Below are positions 61,288-64,000 of a DNA stretch of 64,000 bases, piece by piece. Below the pieces are notes generated by a model that was not told where the DNA came from, made no database searches, and saw only the letters and a list, made by a program, of their open reading frames with translations. How positions within the stretch are numbered: position 1 is the stretch's first letter; the number at the start of each line of letters is the position of its first letter. Location of the stretch: the NCBI RefSeq assembly GCF_009914755.1, contig NC_060926.1. The stretch is one strand, 5' to 3'. Source of the DNA: the human T2T-CHM13v2.0 reference genome, Homo sapiens. A program made the translations under genes and the position numbers.

Positions 61288-63184
61288 TAAATGGCAGTTT
61301 GTGTTACTTTTTCTTCCTTTAAACATCCTGAAGCTTAGACACAGAATCTATATTTCTCAAAGACCACTACAGCCTCCTTTCACCGAACAGCCATTCAGGT
61401 AACATACACTCAAAAGAGGAAACACTGATACTTAATTAACAAGAGAAAGTTGACTTGATATCCTGTTTGCACAGAGACAAAAATCAGTCTTAAAAAATAG
61501 CAGATTGAAGTTGATGTTAAAAATATACACCTTGACAGTGAGCACTTCTGTATCTCTATGCATGAGATTACCTATGCTATTATAGTAAATAGAGCATCGA
61601 ATGGGACATGATTAGGTTCAAGTTGCTGTGATTTGCCATAACACAAATGTGCATATTTTATAGTGAGAGATGACAATAAAGATTCAAACAGGACCAAGCT
61701 ATCTGTACTTTTGTTATAGTCCCATTGTTACTAATGCATAGTTGCACTTAAAAAATGAAAAACAAACAAAAGAAAAAAGAGCAGGACACAATCACAGAAA
61801 GTCCAGCTGGGTAGAACTACTGTCGATCAGATTCTCTAGGCTTGGGGAGGGGCGTCTGTGCCTGCAGCAACCAAGGGATTCCTTTATGGGCTAAGAGTTA
61901 GAACAACTTCCAGTTTCAGCGCCCCCTCATCTCGCCAGGCAGTCTAGGCTGTGACTCAGGTATAGTGCCCAGATAAGTTGTCTCTGGATTTCCATGATTG
62001 AATACCCCAACATAAGTACATTCATTTATTTAGGGGATGTATATACACTATTACATTATGTTACATGTACATTACATAAACCAAACAGAAAATTAACAAT
62101 GATCTAAATAGTACCCATAAATAAAAAATTTAAATTTTCTATCTGTACCCAAGTATATTATTCCTATTTTGGAGTCCACTGGTCTGGGAAGAAGGTACCA
62201 TTTTCATCCATGAAATGAAAGGTCCTAGAATTTGCCTTTACAGCAAGTGAAGCACTTGGTGAGAATAATGAGTCTGGAGAAGCTTATGTAAATTATCTTT
62301 TTTCCTTCTCAGCACCCATCGAGACCCGTCTGTATTATAGGTCGTCCTTCACTAATGGAAAATTCCTTTAACTAGACACTGGGATAGAAACACAGCTTCC
62401 AGAAATGTGTTTCTCCCTGATGTGATTTGAAAGTATTATGCTGGCTATCTTTATGTTCTCAAAGTTCAGAATCAAAGAAGGAATTTTCAGATTAGTTGCA
62501 GGTTCTCCCTTCCTTCTCCCCATCCCACTTTTGTAACTGGATGCGCTTTAATTCAAAAGGAAACTTTTCAGGCCATTAAGCTTCAGTACAGTTTAATGCC
62601 TTTGGGCTGAGAGGCTTGAAATCATAGAGATGCCTGAATAAATGTTTTAAAATAAAATCTGGAACAAAAAGCACACTCTTTAAATTTATTTTAAGTTTGA
62701 TTTTCTGCCTTGTTCAAATAAAAAATCTTGCTCATGTCCATGCTGCAAAAGCCCCAAAGAATGATGGCCCAGCCCAGCTTTGGAGTGGATGGGCCAAGTC
62801 TGAGGAGATTGGGCTTATCTTAGAGGGAGGAGGGCCTCCTCTGGCTTCTACTTTTAAAATAGTTCCAAATGACCAGTTTGCATTCTAGGCCATAGTAACT
62901 CTTTTGCAGAATGAATAGTATTTTCTTAAGCACTTTTAAGTTGTCATTCACAGCCTATTTTAAAAATGACTTAATGAGTAAAAATATGCTGTTTATAAGT
63001 CCCTATGTGCATATTTTTTTAGAATGGCTAAAACAGTAGTTTTGTTTGCACACATTTACTGCAGTGGCCAAGAGAGATGCGATTGTGGTCAGACTCCCTC
63101 ACAGTGATTCATGAAGGTCAGTGCTATCTGCCTGGTCATCTTTTTTAGGATCAAATTGGATTTTAGCAATTGATTCACTTGAAC

Positions 63185-63300
63185 TTGCACAGACCTTCAG
63201 CCCCACTTTTCAAATAGGGAAATTAAGGTTTGCATATATGCAAATAACTTGCTCCAGTGTAAGCCAAAGGCAGTGGGGCAATGAGGAACACAGGTCACTT
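63185..63300 (-). mobile_element. MIR fragment
   Basis: ccccacttttcaaatagggaaattaagg...ataacttgctccagtgt. Confidence 0.5.
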
Positions 63301-64000
63301 GAAAACCTAGCCAACTGTGTTGCCTGTAAACTATAGTGAAATCTCCTTAGAAGAGCTCTGGTCAGCAAGACAAGAAGTGAGTTCTTACTTCTAGACTGGG
63401 AAGGATTTGCCAAGCAAATTAATAATCCACAAAGAAAGAAAGTTTAGTGTATATGCCATTTTAAGTCCAGGAAAGCAACCAGTCATGTATAATTGGCATG
63501 CTAATTATGAATTATTTCTCTATTTGTTAACCAGATCCCTACATTATCTGTTACAAGCAGTGCCTTTCTAGCTGTATGAGTTATGTATGGTTTACAGAAA
63601 TGAAACTACATTGATTTAAAACATTCTCTAATTCAGATTAGACTGAATGAAGTTCATGTAGCAAGAACTCTTTGCTTCTTGTCCTAATTTTAAAAATTAG
63701 CTTTATTCATAAATTTGTTGTTGTTTAATATTTGTGGGGTTTGGAATACTTTTATTATTTAAAATTAACAATCATTCTAACTTTAAGTAGGAAACTGCAT
63801 TTTAAAAACCATTTTCCACCAAGAGGAAGATTTAACTTTATTTTTTAAACCGTATCTCTATGAGCCACGTCATTAGGAGCAGCCCAGGCAAAGATAAAAT
63901 TTAAATGAAAAGTAAATTTTCTTGTAGGAATGGGCTGTATCAAATCTTTAAGTGATTGTTTTAATATCTTATGTCCTTTTTAGTTAGATATTCCAGGAAT

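Overview
Primate (human-like) genomic DNA, AT-rich and dominated by interspersed repeats. The only genuine coding sequence is the terminal exon of MTX2 (metaxin-2; + strand, 1619-1790) with its short 3' UTR. A disabled PPIA (cyclophilin A) processed pseudogene lies about 0.6 kb downstream on the same strand. The remaining ~60 kb is intergenic. From the known human gene order (HOXD-MTX2-gene desert, 2q31.1), it is the start of the telomeric HOXD regulatory desert; that placement is inferred from recognising MTX2, not from an alignment. Positions ~3-33 kb and ~36-48 kb are nested L1, Alu, LTR and DNA-transposon fossils. Largely repeat-free islands at ~33.1-36.3, 48.1-50.3, 54.4-57.0 and 61.3-64 kb carry developmental TF-like and CTCF-like motifs. 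Nearly all listed ORFs are Alu, L1 or microsatellite artefacts, and I found no evidence for a new protein-coding system. The most notable observations are: candidate HOXD-facing regulatory islands; a twin-primed, 3'-transducing L1PB later hit by a MER11 solo LTR; two local templated duplications; two unexplained palindromes; and a MER53 hairpin carrying a miR-1302-like arm. Repeat subfamily names come from recalled consensus sequences and need RepeatMasker confirmation.
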